A DNA stretch of 64,000 bases, from assembly GCA_947494145.1 (NCBI GenBank), contig CANLTZ010000018.1, positions 28,849 through 92,848 on the forward strand. Reading direction: 5' to 3'. This document shows, piece after piece, positions 10,623 to 19,708 of the stretch. The notes under the pieces were generated by a model. It was not told the origin of the DNA. It ran no database searches and was given only the letters and a program-made list of their open reading frames with translations. Both the position numbers and the translations under genes were made by a program. How positions within the stretch are numbered: position 1 is the first letter of the stretch; every line of letters begins with the position of its first letter. Origin of the DNA: an uncultured Jannaschia sp. Lineage in GTDB: Bacteria > Pseudomonadota > Alphaproteobacteria > Rhodobacterales > Rhodobacteraceae.

Positions 10623-10696
10623 TTTACTCGCGTAAATTGAGTTTTTACGCGAGTAAAGTTTTATTGTTGACACAACGTCACACATTCTTTTACGCT
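10623..10696 (+). promoter_or_regulatory. Paired LacI-type operators and sigma70-like promoter of the polyol operon
   Basis: TTTACTCGCGTAAA (10623-10636) and its exact reverse complement (10644-10657); TTGACA at 10667-10672 and TACGCT at 10691-10696. Confidence 0.6.
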
Positions 10697-10727
10697 TCTT
10701 ACACAACATCCATCAGGGAGGAATCGG

Positions 10728-12044
10728 ATGCCACTGGGAAACGCACTTCGTGCGGCCACGGCCCTGTCGCTTATTACTGCCAGCGCGGCTTTCGCCGACG
10801 GCCATGCGACGACCATCACCATCGCAACTGTGAACAACGGCGACATGATCCGCATGCAGGGTCTGACCGATGATTTCACCGAAAAGACCGGCCACACCGT
10901 TGAATGGGTCACGCTGGAAGAAAACGTTCTGCGCCAGCGCGTGACCACGGACATCACCACCAATGGTGGCCAGTTCGACATCATGACCATCGGGATGTAC
11001 GAAACCCCGATCTGGGGCGCCAATGGTTGGCTCATCGCGCTTGACGATCTGCCTGCCGAATACGACGTCGACGACATCCTGCCTGCCATGCGCGGCGGCC
11101 TTTCCCATGACGGTACGCTCTATGCGGCGCCGTTCTATGGCGAAAGCTCCATGATCATGTATCGCACCGACCTGATGGAAGCGGCGGGTTTGGAAATGCC
11201 CACAGCCCCAACATGGGAATTCGTCCGCGAAGCAGCGGCGGCCATGACCGACCGCGAAAATGATATCAACGGCATCTGCCTACGTGGCAAGGCCGGTTGG
11301 GGCGAAGGCGGGGCATTCATCACGGCCATGTCCAATTCGTTCGGCGCGCGCTGGTTCGACGAAGACTGGAACGCCCAGTTCGACACGCAGCCCTGGAAGG
11401 ACACGCTTGAGTTCTATGTCGGCATGATGAACGAATCCGGTCCGGCCGGCTTCGCCACCAACGGTTTCAACGAAAACCTGTCGCTCTTCCAGCAGGGCAA
11501 GTGCGGCATGTGGATCGACGCCACCGTTGCGGCTTCTTTCGTGACCAACCCCGACGATTCCACCGTGGCTGACAGCGTCGGCTTCGCACTGGCCCCCGAT
11601 AACGGTCTGGGCAAGCGGTCGAACTGGCTATGGGCTTGGGCGCTGGCAATTCCGGCGGGCACCGAAAAGGAAGGCCCCGCGAAAGAGTTCATCCAGTGGG
11701 CCACCTCGACCGACTATATCGAGCTGGTTGCCGAGAACGAAGGCTGGGCCAATGTGCCTCCGGGTGCGCGGACCTCGCTTTACGAGAACCCGAACTACCA
11801 GGAAGTGCCCTTCGCGCAAATGACGCTCGACTCGATCCTGTCGGCGGATCCCAACGACTCCACCGTGGAGCCGAGCCCTTATGTGGGTATCCAATTCGCG
11901 GCCATCCCCGAATTCGCAGGTATCGCAACCGAAGTGAGCCAGGAATTCTCGGCGGTCTATGCGGGCCAGCAGACCGTGGATGAGGCGCTTGCCAAGGCAC
12001 AGGCCATCACCAACGAAGCCATGGAAGCCGCAGGCTACCGCTGA
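10728..12044 (+). CDS. smoE: Sorbitol/mannitol ABC transporter substrate-binding protein
   Basis: Signal peptide; TITIATVNNGDMIRMQ, EENVLRQRVTTDI, WLWAWALAIP. Confidence 0.88.
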   Translation: MPLGNALRAATALSLITASAAFADGHATTITIATVNNGDMIRMQGLTDDFTEKTGHTVEWVTLEENVLRQRVTTDITTNGGQFDIMTIGMYETPIWGANGWLIALDDLPAEYDVDDILPAMRGGLSHDGTLYAAPFYGESSMIMYRTDLMEAAGLEMPTAPTWEFVREAAAAMTDRENDINGICLRGKAGWGEGGAFITAMSNSFGARWFDEDWNAQFDTQPWKDTLEFYVGMMNESGPAGFATNGFNENLSLFQQGKCGMWIDATVAASFVTNPDDSTVADSVGFALAPDNGLGKRSNWLWAWALAIPAGTEKEGPAKEFIQWATSTDYIELVAENEGWANVPPGARTSLYENPNYQEVPFAQMTLDSILSADPNDSTVEPSPYVGIQFAAIPEFAGIATEVSQEFSAVYAGQQTVDEALAKAQAITNEAMEAAGYR

Positions 12045-12057
12045 GCTTAGGCTAAAG

Positions 12058-12086
12058 TCGAAGGGCAGGCACGCCCTGCCCTTCGA
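12058..12086 (+). terminator. Stem-loop after the SBP gene (mRNA stabiliser or attenuator)
   Basis: TCGAAGGGCAGG...CCTGCCCTTCGA 12-bp perfect stem, no long U tract. Confidence 0.5.
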
Positions 12087-12162
12087 TACCCCGATACGAC
12101 CCAATCGAAAATCGAGTTTCATCTGAGACGGCGCTTCTGCGTCAACAGAGGAGACGTGTCCA

Positions 12163-13029
12163 ATGGCCACGCAGCAGTCCAGATCCGCCGCCCGACTGAT
12201 GATGGCACCAGCAGTTGTCTTGCTTCTTGGCTGGATGCTGGTCCCCCTGATCATGACCCTGTGGTTCTCGTTCCGCACTTACCTGCCCCTTCGCGGAGGC
12301 GACCAGGGCTGGACGGGTTTCGACAACTACGTCCGCTTCGTCACGTCCAGCGCGTTCTGGCCTGCGGTGCAGACCACGCTCATGATCGTGCTGGGCGTGC
12401 TGATTATCACAGTGGCCTTGGGCGTCCTGCTCGCCATGCTTCTCGACCAACCGATGTGGGGCCAAGGCATCGTTCGGATCCTGGTGATCGCGCCTTTCTT
12501 CGTGATGCCCACCGTGTCGGCGCTGGTCTGGAAGAACATGTTCATGGACCCCGTGAATGGCCTCTTCGCGCATCTGTGGCGCTTTTTCGGGGCCGAGCCG
12601 GTCAGTTGGCTTTCAGATGCTGCCATGCCCTCGATCATCATGATCGTCAGCTGGCAGTGGCTACCCTTTGCGACGCTCATCCTGCTGACTGCGATCCAAT
12701 CGCTCGACAGTGAACAGCTAGAAGCCGCAGAAATGGATGGCGCGCCACCGCTCAAGCGCTTCGCTTTTATCATCCTGCCGCACCTCGCTCGCGCGATCAC
12801 CATCGTGATCCTGATCCAGACGATCTTCCTGCTGGCCATCTTCGCCGAGATCTTCGTGACCACGGGCGGCGCCTTCGGAACGCGGACCCTGTCCTACCTC
12901 ATCTTTCAGCGCGTGCTGGAAAGCCAGAATATCGGCTTGGGCTCCGCCGGTGGCGTCTACGCCATCATCCTCGCAAACATCGTCGCGATCTTCCTTATGC
13001 GGATCGTCGGCAAGAACCTGGACAACTGA
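12163..13029 (+). CDS. smoF: Polyol ABC transporter permease
   Basis: Multiple TM segments, EAAEMDGA (EAA) motif. Confidence 0.88.
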   Translation: MATQQSRSAARLMMAPAVVLLLGWMLVPLIMTLWFSFRTYLPLRGGDQGWTGFDNYVRFVTSSAFWPAVQTTLMIVLGVLIITVALGVLLAMLLDQPMWGQGIVRILVIAPFFVMPTVSALVWKNMFMDPVNGLFAHLWRFFGAEPVSWLSDAAMPSIIMIVSWQWLPFATLILLTAIQSLDSEQLEAAEMDGAPPLKRFAFIILPHLARAITIVILIQTIFLLAIFAEIFVTTGGAFGTRTLSYLIFQRVLESQNIGLGSAGGVYAIILANIVAIFLMRIVGKNLDN

Positions 13030-13031
13030 TC

Positions 13032-13862
13032 ATGGCACGTGCTGTTACACCCCGCCGCAAGCTGGTGAATACAGGTCTCGCCTGGGCCGTCGGTTTGCTG
13101 ATCTTCTTCCCGATCCTTTGGACGATCCTGACGTCCTTCAAGACCGAAGGTCAGGCCATCGCCAGTCCGCCGATCTTCTTGGGCTTCGACTGGACGCTGG
13201 AAAACTACAGCGTTGTGATGGAGCGGTCGGATTACGGGCGCTTCCTGATGAACTCGATCATCATCGCCGGGGGCTCAACGATCCTGGGTCTGATCGTCGC
13301 CGTGCCCGCGGCCTGGTCGATGGCTTTCGTGCCGTCGCAGCGGACTAAGGACATCCTGTTGTGGATGCTCTCCACCAAGATGCTGCCTGCGGTCGGCGTA
13401 CTCTATCCGATCTACCTGCTGTTCATTCAGCTGGGTCTGTTGGACAGCCGCGCAGGCCTGGTCGTGGTGATGATGCTGATCAACCTGCCGATCATCGTCT
13501 GGATGCTCTACACCTACTTCCGCGAGATCCCAGGCGAGATCCTGGAGGCCGCGCGCATGGATGGCGCCACCCTCAAGGAAGAGGTGCTCTACATCCTCAC
13601 GCCAATGGCGATCCCGGGCATCGCTTCGACCATGCTGCTCAACTTCATCCTCGCCTGGAACGAGGCGTTCTGGACGCTGAACCTCACGGCGGTGGACGCA
13701 GCCCCACTGACGGCCTTCATCGCCAGCTATTCCAGCCCCGAGGGCCTCTTCTTCGCGAAACTCAGCGCGGCCTCGACCATGGCCATCGCGCCAATCCTCA
13801 TCCTTGGCTGGTTCAGCCAGAAACAACTCGTCCGGGGTCTGACCTTCGGCGCCGTGAAATAG
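13032..13862 (+). CDS. smoG: Polyol ABC transporter permease
   Basis: TM segments, EAARMDGA motif. Confidence 0.88.
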   Translation: MARAVTPRRKLVNTGLAWAVGLLIFFPILWTILTSFKTEGQAIASPPIFLGFDWTLENYSVVMERSDYGRFLMNSIIIAGGSTILGLIVAVPAAWSMAFVPSQRTKDILLWMLSTKMLPAVGVLYPIYLLFIQLGLLDSRAGLVVVMMLINLPIIVWMLYTYFREIPGEILEAARMDGATLKEEVLYILTPMAIPGIASTMLLNFILAWNEAFWTLNLTAVDAAPLTAFIASYSSPEGLFFAKLSAASTMAIAPILILGWFSQKQLVRGLTFGAVK

Positions 13863-13871
13863 GAGCGCTTC

Positions 13872-14876
13872 ATGGGACGTATCACGCTTGAACAAGTGAC
13901 CAAAAGCTTCGGGGAAACCCAGGTCATCCCACCGCTGGATCTGACCATCGAAGACGGGGAATTCGCTGTCTTCGTCGGCCCCTCGGGCTGCGGCAAGTCC
14001 ACCCTTCTGCGTCTGATTGCAGGACTGGAAGATGTCACAAGCGGTGAAATCCGCATTGATGGCAATGCCGCGACCAGCCTCGCACCCGCCAAGCGCGGTC
14101 TCGCCATGGTGTTCCAATCCTACGCGCTTTACCCCCATATGTCGGTGCGCAAGAATATCGCCTTCCCCCTGCGGATGGCGAAGCTGGATCAGGCGGAAAT
14201 CGACCGGAGGGTCAACGGCGCGGCCGATGTGCTGAACCTGACGGACTACCTCGATCGCCGCCCCGGGCAATTGTCGGGCGGTCAGCGCCAGCGCGTGGCC
14301 ATAGGGCGCGCCATTGTGCGCGAACCCGCGGCGTTCCTCTTCGATGAGCCGCTTTCCAACCTAGATGCAGCCTTGCGTGTCGGAATGCGGCTAGAGATCT
14401 CAGAACTGCATGAGCGTCTCAAGACCACGATGATTTACGTCACCCACGACCAAGTGGAAGCCATGACCATGGCCGACAAGATCGTTGTTCTGCGCGCGGG
14501 CCATATCGAACAGGTGGGCAGCCCGCTGGATCTGTACCGCGCGCCGCGCAACCTGTTCGTGGCCGGCTTCATCGGCTCACCCAAGATGAACTTCATCATC
14601 GGCGCCGAAGCGGCAAAGCACGACGCCCACACAATCGGTGTGCGCCCGGAACATATCGAAGTGTCCGACAGTGAGGGGATGTGGTCCGGCGTCGTCGGCG
14701 TGTCGGAACATCTGGGCTCGGACACGTTCTTCCATATCCACGACACCGGTCTGGCCGACACATTGACCGTGCGCGCAGGTGGGGAAGTCGGGTTCAAACA
14801 TGGCGACCGCATTCATCTGACGCCGCGCGCCGATGTCATCCACCGCTTCGACGCGAACGGGCTGCGCTTGGCATGA
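13872..14876 (+). CDS. smoK: Polyol ABC transporter ATP-binding protein
   Basis: [26 protein letters not shown]. Confidence 0.9.
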   Translation: MGRITLEQVTKSFGETQVIPPLDLTIEDGEFAVFVGPSGCGKSTLLRLIAGLEDVTSGEIRIDGNAATSLAPAKRGLAMVFQSYALYPHMSVRKNIAFPLRMAKLDQAEIDRRVNGAADVLNLTDYLDRRPGQLSGGQRQRVAIGRAIVREPAAFLFDEPLSNLDAALRVGMRLEISELHERLKTTMIYVTHDQVEAMTMADKIVVLRAGHIEQVGSPLDLYRAPRNLFVAGFIGSPKMNFIIGAEAAKHDAHTIGVRPEHIEVSDSEGMWSGVVGVSEHLGSDTFFHIHDTGLADTLTVRAGGEVGFKHGDRIHLTPRADVIHRFDANGLRLA

Positions 14877-15646
14877 GGCAGCTTGACGGCAAAACCGCCC
14901 TGATCACGGGTGCTGCCCGTGGGATCGGGTTGGCCTTTGCCAAAGCCTATGTGGCCGAAGGTGCCCGCGTGGCCATCGCGGATATCGACATGGTCCGCGC
15001 ACAGGCCGCAGCCGCTGATATCGGCGCCAGCGCCATGGCCGTGCAAATGGACGTAACCAGGCAGGACAGCATCGAGAGCGGGGTTAATGCCACGATCGCT
15101 GCCCTTGGGCAGATCGACATCCTGATCAACAATGCCGCAATCTTTACAGCCGCCCCCATCGTGGAGATCGACCGCGCGGATTACGCGCGCGCCTTCGATA
15201 TCAACGTTGCAGGCACGCTCTTTACCATGCAGGCGGTGGCCCGCCATATGATCGAGCGGGGCATTCGCGGCCACATCATCAACATGGCCAGCCAGGCCGG
15301 GCGGCGGGGTGAGCCGCTAGTGGCCGTCTATTGCGCGACGAAGGCGGCCATCATCTCGCTCACGCAATCGGCGGGGCTGAACCTGATCGCCCACGGGATC
15401 AATGTGAACGCCATCTCTCCGGGTGTGGTGGATGGCGAACATTGGGACGGGGTGGACGCGTTCTTTGCCAAGCACGAGGGCAAGGCCCCAGGTCAGAAGA
15501 AGCGCGAAGTGGGCGAGACCGTGCCCTTCGGGCGCATGGGCCGGGCTGAGGATCTGACAGGCATGGCGGTCTTTCTGGCCAGCGACGCAGCGGAATACGT
15601 CGTGGCGCAAACCTACAATGTCGATGGCGGCCAGTGGATGAGCTGA
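14873..15646 (+). CDS. smoS: Sorbitol (L-iditol) 2-dehydrogenase, SDR family
   Basis: [31 protein letters not shown]; ATGA overlap with smoK. Confidence 0.85.
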   Translation: MRQLDGKTALITGAARGIGLAFAKAYVAEGARVAIADIDMVRAQAAAADIGASAMAVQMDVTRQDSIESGVNATIAALGQIDILINNAAIFTAAPIVEIDRADYARAFDINVAGTLFTMQAVARHMIERGIRGHIINMASQAGRRGEPLVAVYCATKAAIISLTQSAGLNLIAHGINVNAISPGVVDGEHWDGVDAFFAKHEGKAPGQKKREVGETVPFGRMGRAEDLTGMAVFLASDAAEYVVAQTYNVDGGQWMS

Positions 15647-15675
15647 TGAGAGACCACGCAGCCCGGGAGGAGCCC

Positions 15676-17148
15676 ATGAAGCTCAGCAATGCGACGCTCG
15701 GCGACTTGCCCGAGGGCGTGGACGTGCCGCGCTATGACCGGAATGCACTCCGCCCTGGAATCGTGCATATCGGCTTGGGCAACTTCCACCGCGCGCATCA
15801 GGCATGGTATCTGCACCGCCTGATGCAAAAGGGGTTGGCGCTGGATTGGGCCATTATCGGGGCCGGTGTTCGGCCCGGGGACGCAGCGATGCGCGACCGC
15901 CTCCTCGCCCAGGATTGCCTGACCACGCTGATCGAACTGGCACCCGAAGGCCGGGCCGTGGAAGTAACTGGGCCCATGGTCGACTTCCTGCCCGTCGAGG
16001 AAGGCAATGGCCCCTTGATTGCAGCCATGTCGGATCCAGCCATCCGCATCGTGTCGCTAACAGTGACCGAGGGCGGGTATTACCGGGATGTGACGGGGGC
16101 CCTGGACACGTCCCATCCCGATATCCGCCACGATGCGACCCACCCTACCCGGCCCCGCACAGCATTCGGCGCCATCGTGGCCGCATTGAAAGCGCGGCGG
16201 GCGGCGGGGCATGGTCCGTTCACCGGGCAATGCTGCGACAACCTGCAAGGCAATGGCGCTGTGCTGCGCCAAACGGTGGTCGGCCTTGCCCGTTTGAACG
16301 ACCCGTCGCTGGCCGATTGGATCGATACAGAAGGTGCCTTCCCGGACGCCATGGTGGATTGCATCGTGCCCGCCACGGGCCCGGATGAGCTGTCGCTGGT
16401 GCGTGCGCTGGGCATCGAAGACACGGCGCCTGTGACGCACGAAAACTTTCGTCAATGGGTCATCGAAGACGCCTTCTGCGCTGGCCGCCCCCCGTGGGAA
16501 GACGTGGGCGCCACGCTGACGGGTGATGTTGAAACCTATGAGGCCATGAAGATTCGCATGCTCAACGCGGGCCACCAGTTGCTGGCCAATGTTGGCGAAG
16601 TGCTGGGCTTGCCGACCATTGCGTCCTGCATGGCCGACGAACAAGTGGCAGCGTTCTTTCGGCAGGTGCAGTCCGAAGATATTCTGCCCCATGTGGCGCC
16701 AGTGCCCGGCATGATGCCCGCCGATTATCTAACCCTGATCGAGCGGCGCTTCGCCAATCCGGCTATCCACGACACGACGCGGCGCGTGGCCTTCGACGGC
16801 TCGGCCAGACATACTGGGTTTCTCCTACCGATCCTGAGGGATGCGCTCGACGCGGGGGGCAGCATTGGTGGCCTGGCCTTGGCAGAAGCACTTTGGGCCC
16901 GGATGTGCGCGGGCCAGCGCGAAGACGGATCGAAGATCGCGCCCAACGACCCCCATTGGCCCGCCTTGACCGATGCTGCGCAAGCCGCGCGGAAAGATCC
17001 GGGCGCATGGGTGCAGCAGAGCCAGTTTTACGGCGATCTGGCGGACATGTCCGCTTTCAGCGCCGCGTTCGAACACTGGCTCCGCTTGATATGGGCCGAC
17101 GGCTGCCGCGCGGCTTTGGCCAGCTATTTGACCCAAGCCCCAAAGTGA
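15676..17148 (+). CDS. mtlK: Mannitol 2-dehydrogenase
   Basis: HIGLGNFHRAHQA, SLTVTEGGY, CDNL, MVDCIVPAT, KIRMLNAGH. Confidence 0.88.
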   Translation: MKLSNATLGDLPEGVDVPRYDRNALRPGIVHIGLGNFHRAHQAWYLHRLMQKGLALDWAIIGAGVRPGDAAMRDRLLAQDCLTTLIELAPEGRAVEVTGPMVDFLPVEEGNGPLIAAMSDPAIRIVSLTVTEGGYYRDVTGALDTSHPDIRHDATHPTRPRTAFGAIVAALKARRAAGHGPFTGQCCDNLQGNGAVLRQTVVGLARLNDPSLADWIDTEGAFPDAMVDCIVPATGPDELSLVRALGIEDTAPVTHENFRQWVIEDAFCAGRPPWEDVGATLTGDVETYEAMKIRMLNAGHQLLANVGEVLGLPTIASCMADEQVAAFFRQVQSEDILPHVAPVPGMMPADYLTLIERRFANPAIHDTTRRVAFDGSARHTGFLLPILRDALDAGGSIGGLALAEALWARMCAGQREDGSKIAPNDPHWPALTDAAQAARKDPGAWVQQSQFYGDLADMSAFSAAFEHWLRLIWADGCRAALASYLTQAPK

Positions 17149-17462
17149 TCTGCTGGGGCGGAGACTGAGAGACGTAGCCTTTGCAAGTGGTCTGGGGGTT
17201 CGCGCGAATGATCTGAGGTAACGCGCATCTGTGCTGCTCTGCTTTCCTCTGTATTCGAGTCGCTTCATCGGCGAGCAACCTTTGGCGACAGATCATTCGT
17301 TCGACCGGGCGTCTTGGCTTATGGGTCCCAATGTCTGCCAAGCAATCTGCAAGCATCTGCAAACGGGTTCTGATCGGCGCCATCCGCACTTGAGTTCCCA
17401 CCGAGATTGCGACGTGGACGCGTGTGACGGGCATGTCGGCGCGCGTTGCAACAAAAGGAACG

Positions 17463-18005
17463 TTAGAACAACTCGCAGGAATTTCCGGTATTGGTGGCCC
17501 GAGGTTCCATTGCCACATCGGCGGGAACGGAGCCGGGATAGTTGATCTGAAGTTGCCCCGTGAGCGGGTCGAACGATATCCGACGCGGACGCTTCCCGCC
17601 AAGATCGGTCTGCACGACATTGATCTTTTCAGCGTTGAGATAGTCGAGACAGGTCAGCGCAATGGCTTTGCCGGGCCCCGGCCCGCGGCCGAGCACTTGG
17701 GCACCGCCCGCCAGCCGCGCAACCATATGCGACCGGGAAACGCCAAGCCCCATGAGTTGGTTCACCAAGCGTTCAATATCGGCGATGACATTAGCCCCCC
17801 CCATGGGGCCGGGTAGCACTGCTTGGAAAATGTGGTTCATCCCGCCGGCGCGGCCCTGGTCATCCCTTAAACAAATGGCGACGCAGGATCCAAGTGTCGC
17901 CGTCAGCGCAAGGTTGGGTTTGTCGGTAACGAACAATTCGCCCTGCCCCACTTCGCGCGTGGTCGAACCGGTTGCGCCCGGCAGACGTGCCGCAAGACCG
18001 CTCAT
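17463..18005 (-). CDS. cheD: CheD-family chemoreceptor glutamine deamidase-like protein (orphan)
   Basis: TLGSCVAICL, GGMNH, LAGGAQV, DLGG..PRRI.F motifs; start placed at MSGLAA. Confidence 0.75.
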   Translation of the reverse strand: MSGLAARLPGATGSTTREVGQGELFVTDKPNLALTATLGSCVAICLRDDQGRAGGMNHIFQAVLPGPMGGANVIADIERLVNQLMGLGVSRSHMVARLAGGAQVLGRGPGPGKAIALTCLDYLNAEKINVVQTDLGGKRPRRISFDPLTGQLQINYPGSVPADVAMEPRATNTGNSCELF

Positions 18006-18288
18006 GCCCAAGTCTCGGCCGCCGGGCGGGACTGAAAAACATGGTGAATCAGGCAGGGCATCGCGAACTCCGAATGAGGATGGGCGCAACATGCAGCCAA
18101 GGTCTGAAGATGAGCTTAACGCGCCGCAGACACCGATTGAAGCGATACGGAGCAACCGCTCTGGGCCGCACCAGACAGCGGCCATTGACACGCAGAAAGA
18201 CTGCCCCGCAAGCACGACAATGTCGTCACTTGATCGTGACTTTCGACACTCCCGCGCCCACGGTATCCGCGAAGTCGGAGGTTTTGAC

Positions 18289-18756
18289 ATGTCTCAGACC
18301 GAAAGCCTAGAACAGCCCGATCGCCGCTTGCTGCTGCTCAGCGGGGGCGGAGTTGTTGCCCTGGCCGCCGCTGGTGGATTTGCCGTTTTTGCCCGCGACC
18401 GCTTCGCCGGTGCCGAGATGACGCCGCCGGAAGCATTAGATGCCCTGCGCGCGGGGGATATTCTGTTGATCGACATTCGAAGACCCGACGAATGGGCCGA
18501 GACGGGCATCGCGGAAGGCGCCCAGCCACTCGACATGCGGCGCGACGACTTCATTGAAGCCTTGGCTGACCTCACGGATGGCGCGCGGGATCGCAACGTC
18601 GCGTTGATCTGCGCGCGAGGCGTACGCTCCGACAGAATGTCGGCGCGTTTGGCAGAAGCAGGGTTCACGCGGATCATCGACATTCCGGAAGGAATGCTCG
18701 GGTCCAGGGTAGGACCTGGTTGGTTGGACCGCGGCTTGCCGGTGGTGCAGCCATGA
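18289..18756 (+). CDS. Rhodanese-like domain protein with Tat-like leader
   Basis: DRRLLL plus hydrophobic segment; LIDIRRPDEW, CARGVRS active loop; GGAGG RBS. Confidence 0.8.
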   Translation: MSQTESLEQPDRRLLLLSGGGVVALAAAGGFAVFARDRFAGAEMTPPEALDALRAGDILLIDIRRPDEWAETGIAEGAQPLDMRRDDFIEALADLTDGARDRNVALICARGVRSDRMSARLAEAGFTRIIDIPEGMLGSRVGPGWLDRGLPVVQP

Positions 18757-19589
18757 AGCGTCTCGTCTTTGCGTTCCTGTCTTTGATGATCGCAGGGCCC
18801 GTGGTCGCACAAAGCTGTACACGCGATGAAGACGCCTGTGAGGTGCCGCTGGGCAGCTATCACTTGGTGCTGCCAGAGGCCGCAGATAACCCGCCTGCGG
18901 TGATCTTCCTGCACGGCGCGGGCGGCACGGGCCGTGGCATTCTGGGAATGCGTGGCACGGTCGAGGCGCTGCGCGCGCGCGGCTATGCGGTCATCGCCCC
19001 CAATGGCCTACCCTGGGGCAATGGGCGTGGCGGCGGCATCTGGAACTTCTTGCCCACGCTGGGCCGCGAAAACCCTCGGGATGAAGCGGCCTTTCTGGCG
19101 GAAGTGGTGGCCGACGCCGCAGAATCCCACGGCGTGGATGCGGACCGCGTTATCTTGGCGGGGTTTTCGGCCGGCGGTTTCATGGTGAACTACCTGGCCT
19201 GCGACACCCCGGGGGCTTTTGCGGCCTATATGCCCGTGTCGGGCGGGTTCTGGCGCCCCCATCCGGAGGAATGCGCGGGGCCAGTGCGGCTGCTGCACAC
19301 CCATGGCTGGCGCGATTCAACTGTACCACTAGAAGGCCGCCCACTGCGCGGTGGGCAATGGTTGCAGGGTGACATTTTTGAAGGGCTGGGCATCTGGCGC
19401 ACCGCCAATGCGTGCGACCGACCAAACCCCACCGGCTATTCCGAGACGGGCGATTTCCAACGCCGTCATTGGGAGTGCGCAGAGGGCGCGGCGTTGGAAC
19501 TCGCGCTCTTCCCCGGCGGCCATGGCGTGCCCGCAGGTTGGGCTGATATGGCCATCGACTGGTTCGAAGCACTACCGCCGCAGAGTTAG
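18753..19589 (+). CDS. Secreted alpha/beta hydrolase (PHB-depolymerase/esterase family)
   Basis: Signal peptide, FLHGAG, GFSAGG nucleophile elbow, HGWRD, GGH. Confidence 0.75.
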   Translation: MKRLVFAFLSLMIAGPVVAQSCTRDEDACEVPLGSYHLVLPEAADNPPAVIFLHGAGGTGRGILGMRGTVEALRARGYAVIAPNGLPWGNGRGGGIWNFLPTLGRENPRDEAAFLAEVVADAAESHGVDADRVILAGFSAGGFMVNYLACDTPGAFAAYMPVSGGFWRPHPEECAGPVRLLHTHGWRDSTVPLEGRPLRGGQWLQGDIFEGLGIWRTANACDRPNPTGYSETGDFQRRHWECAEGAALELALFPGGHGVPAGWADMAIDWFEALPPQS

Positions 19590-19708
19590 GGCGGTGGGCC
19601 AAGGCCCTTGCGGCAGCCCTTTGGTCGTAGGCGTTCACGAAAAAAGACCCATAGCCCCCGCAGCGCGCGGCATCTGCCTTAATGCGTACTCGACAGTCGA
19701 ACGACAGC

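Noticed and set aside
17150-17460. Possible ncRNA or small ORF after mtlK, including a short GCAATCTGCAAGCATCTGCAAA repeat
   Set aside because: No convincing stem, RBS or recognisable motif
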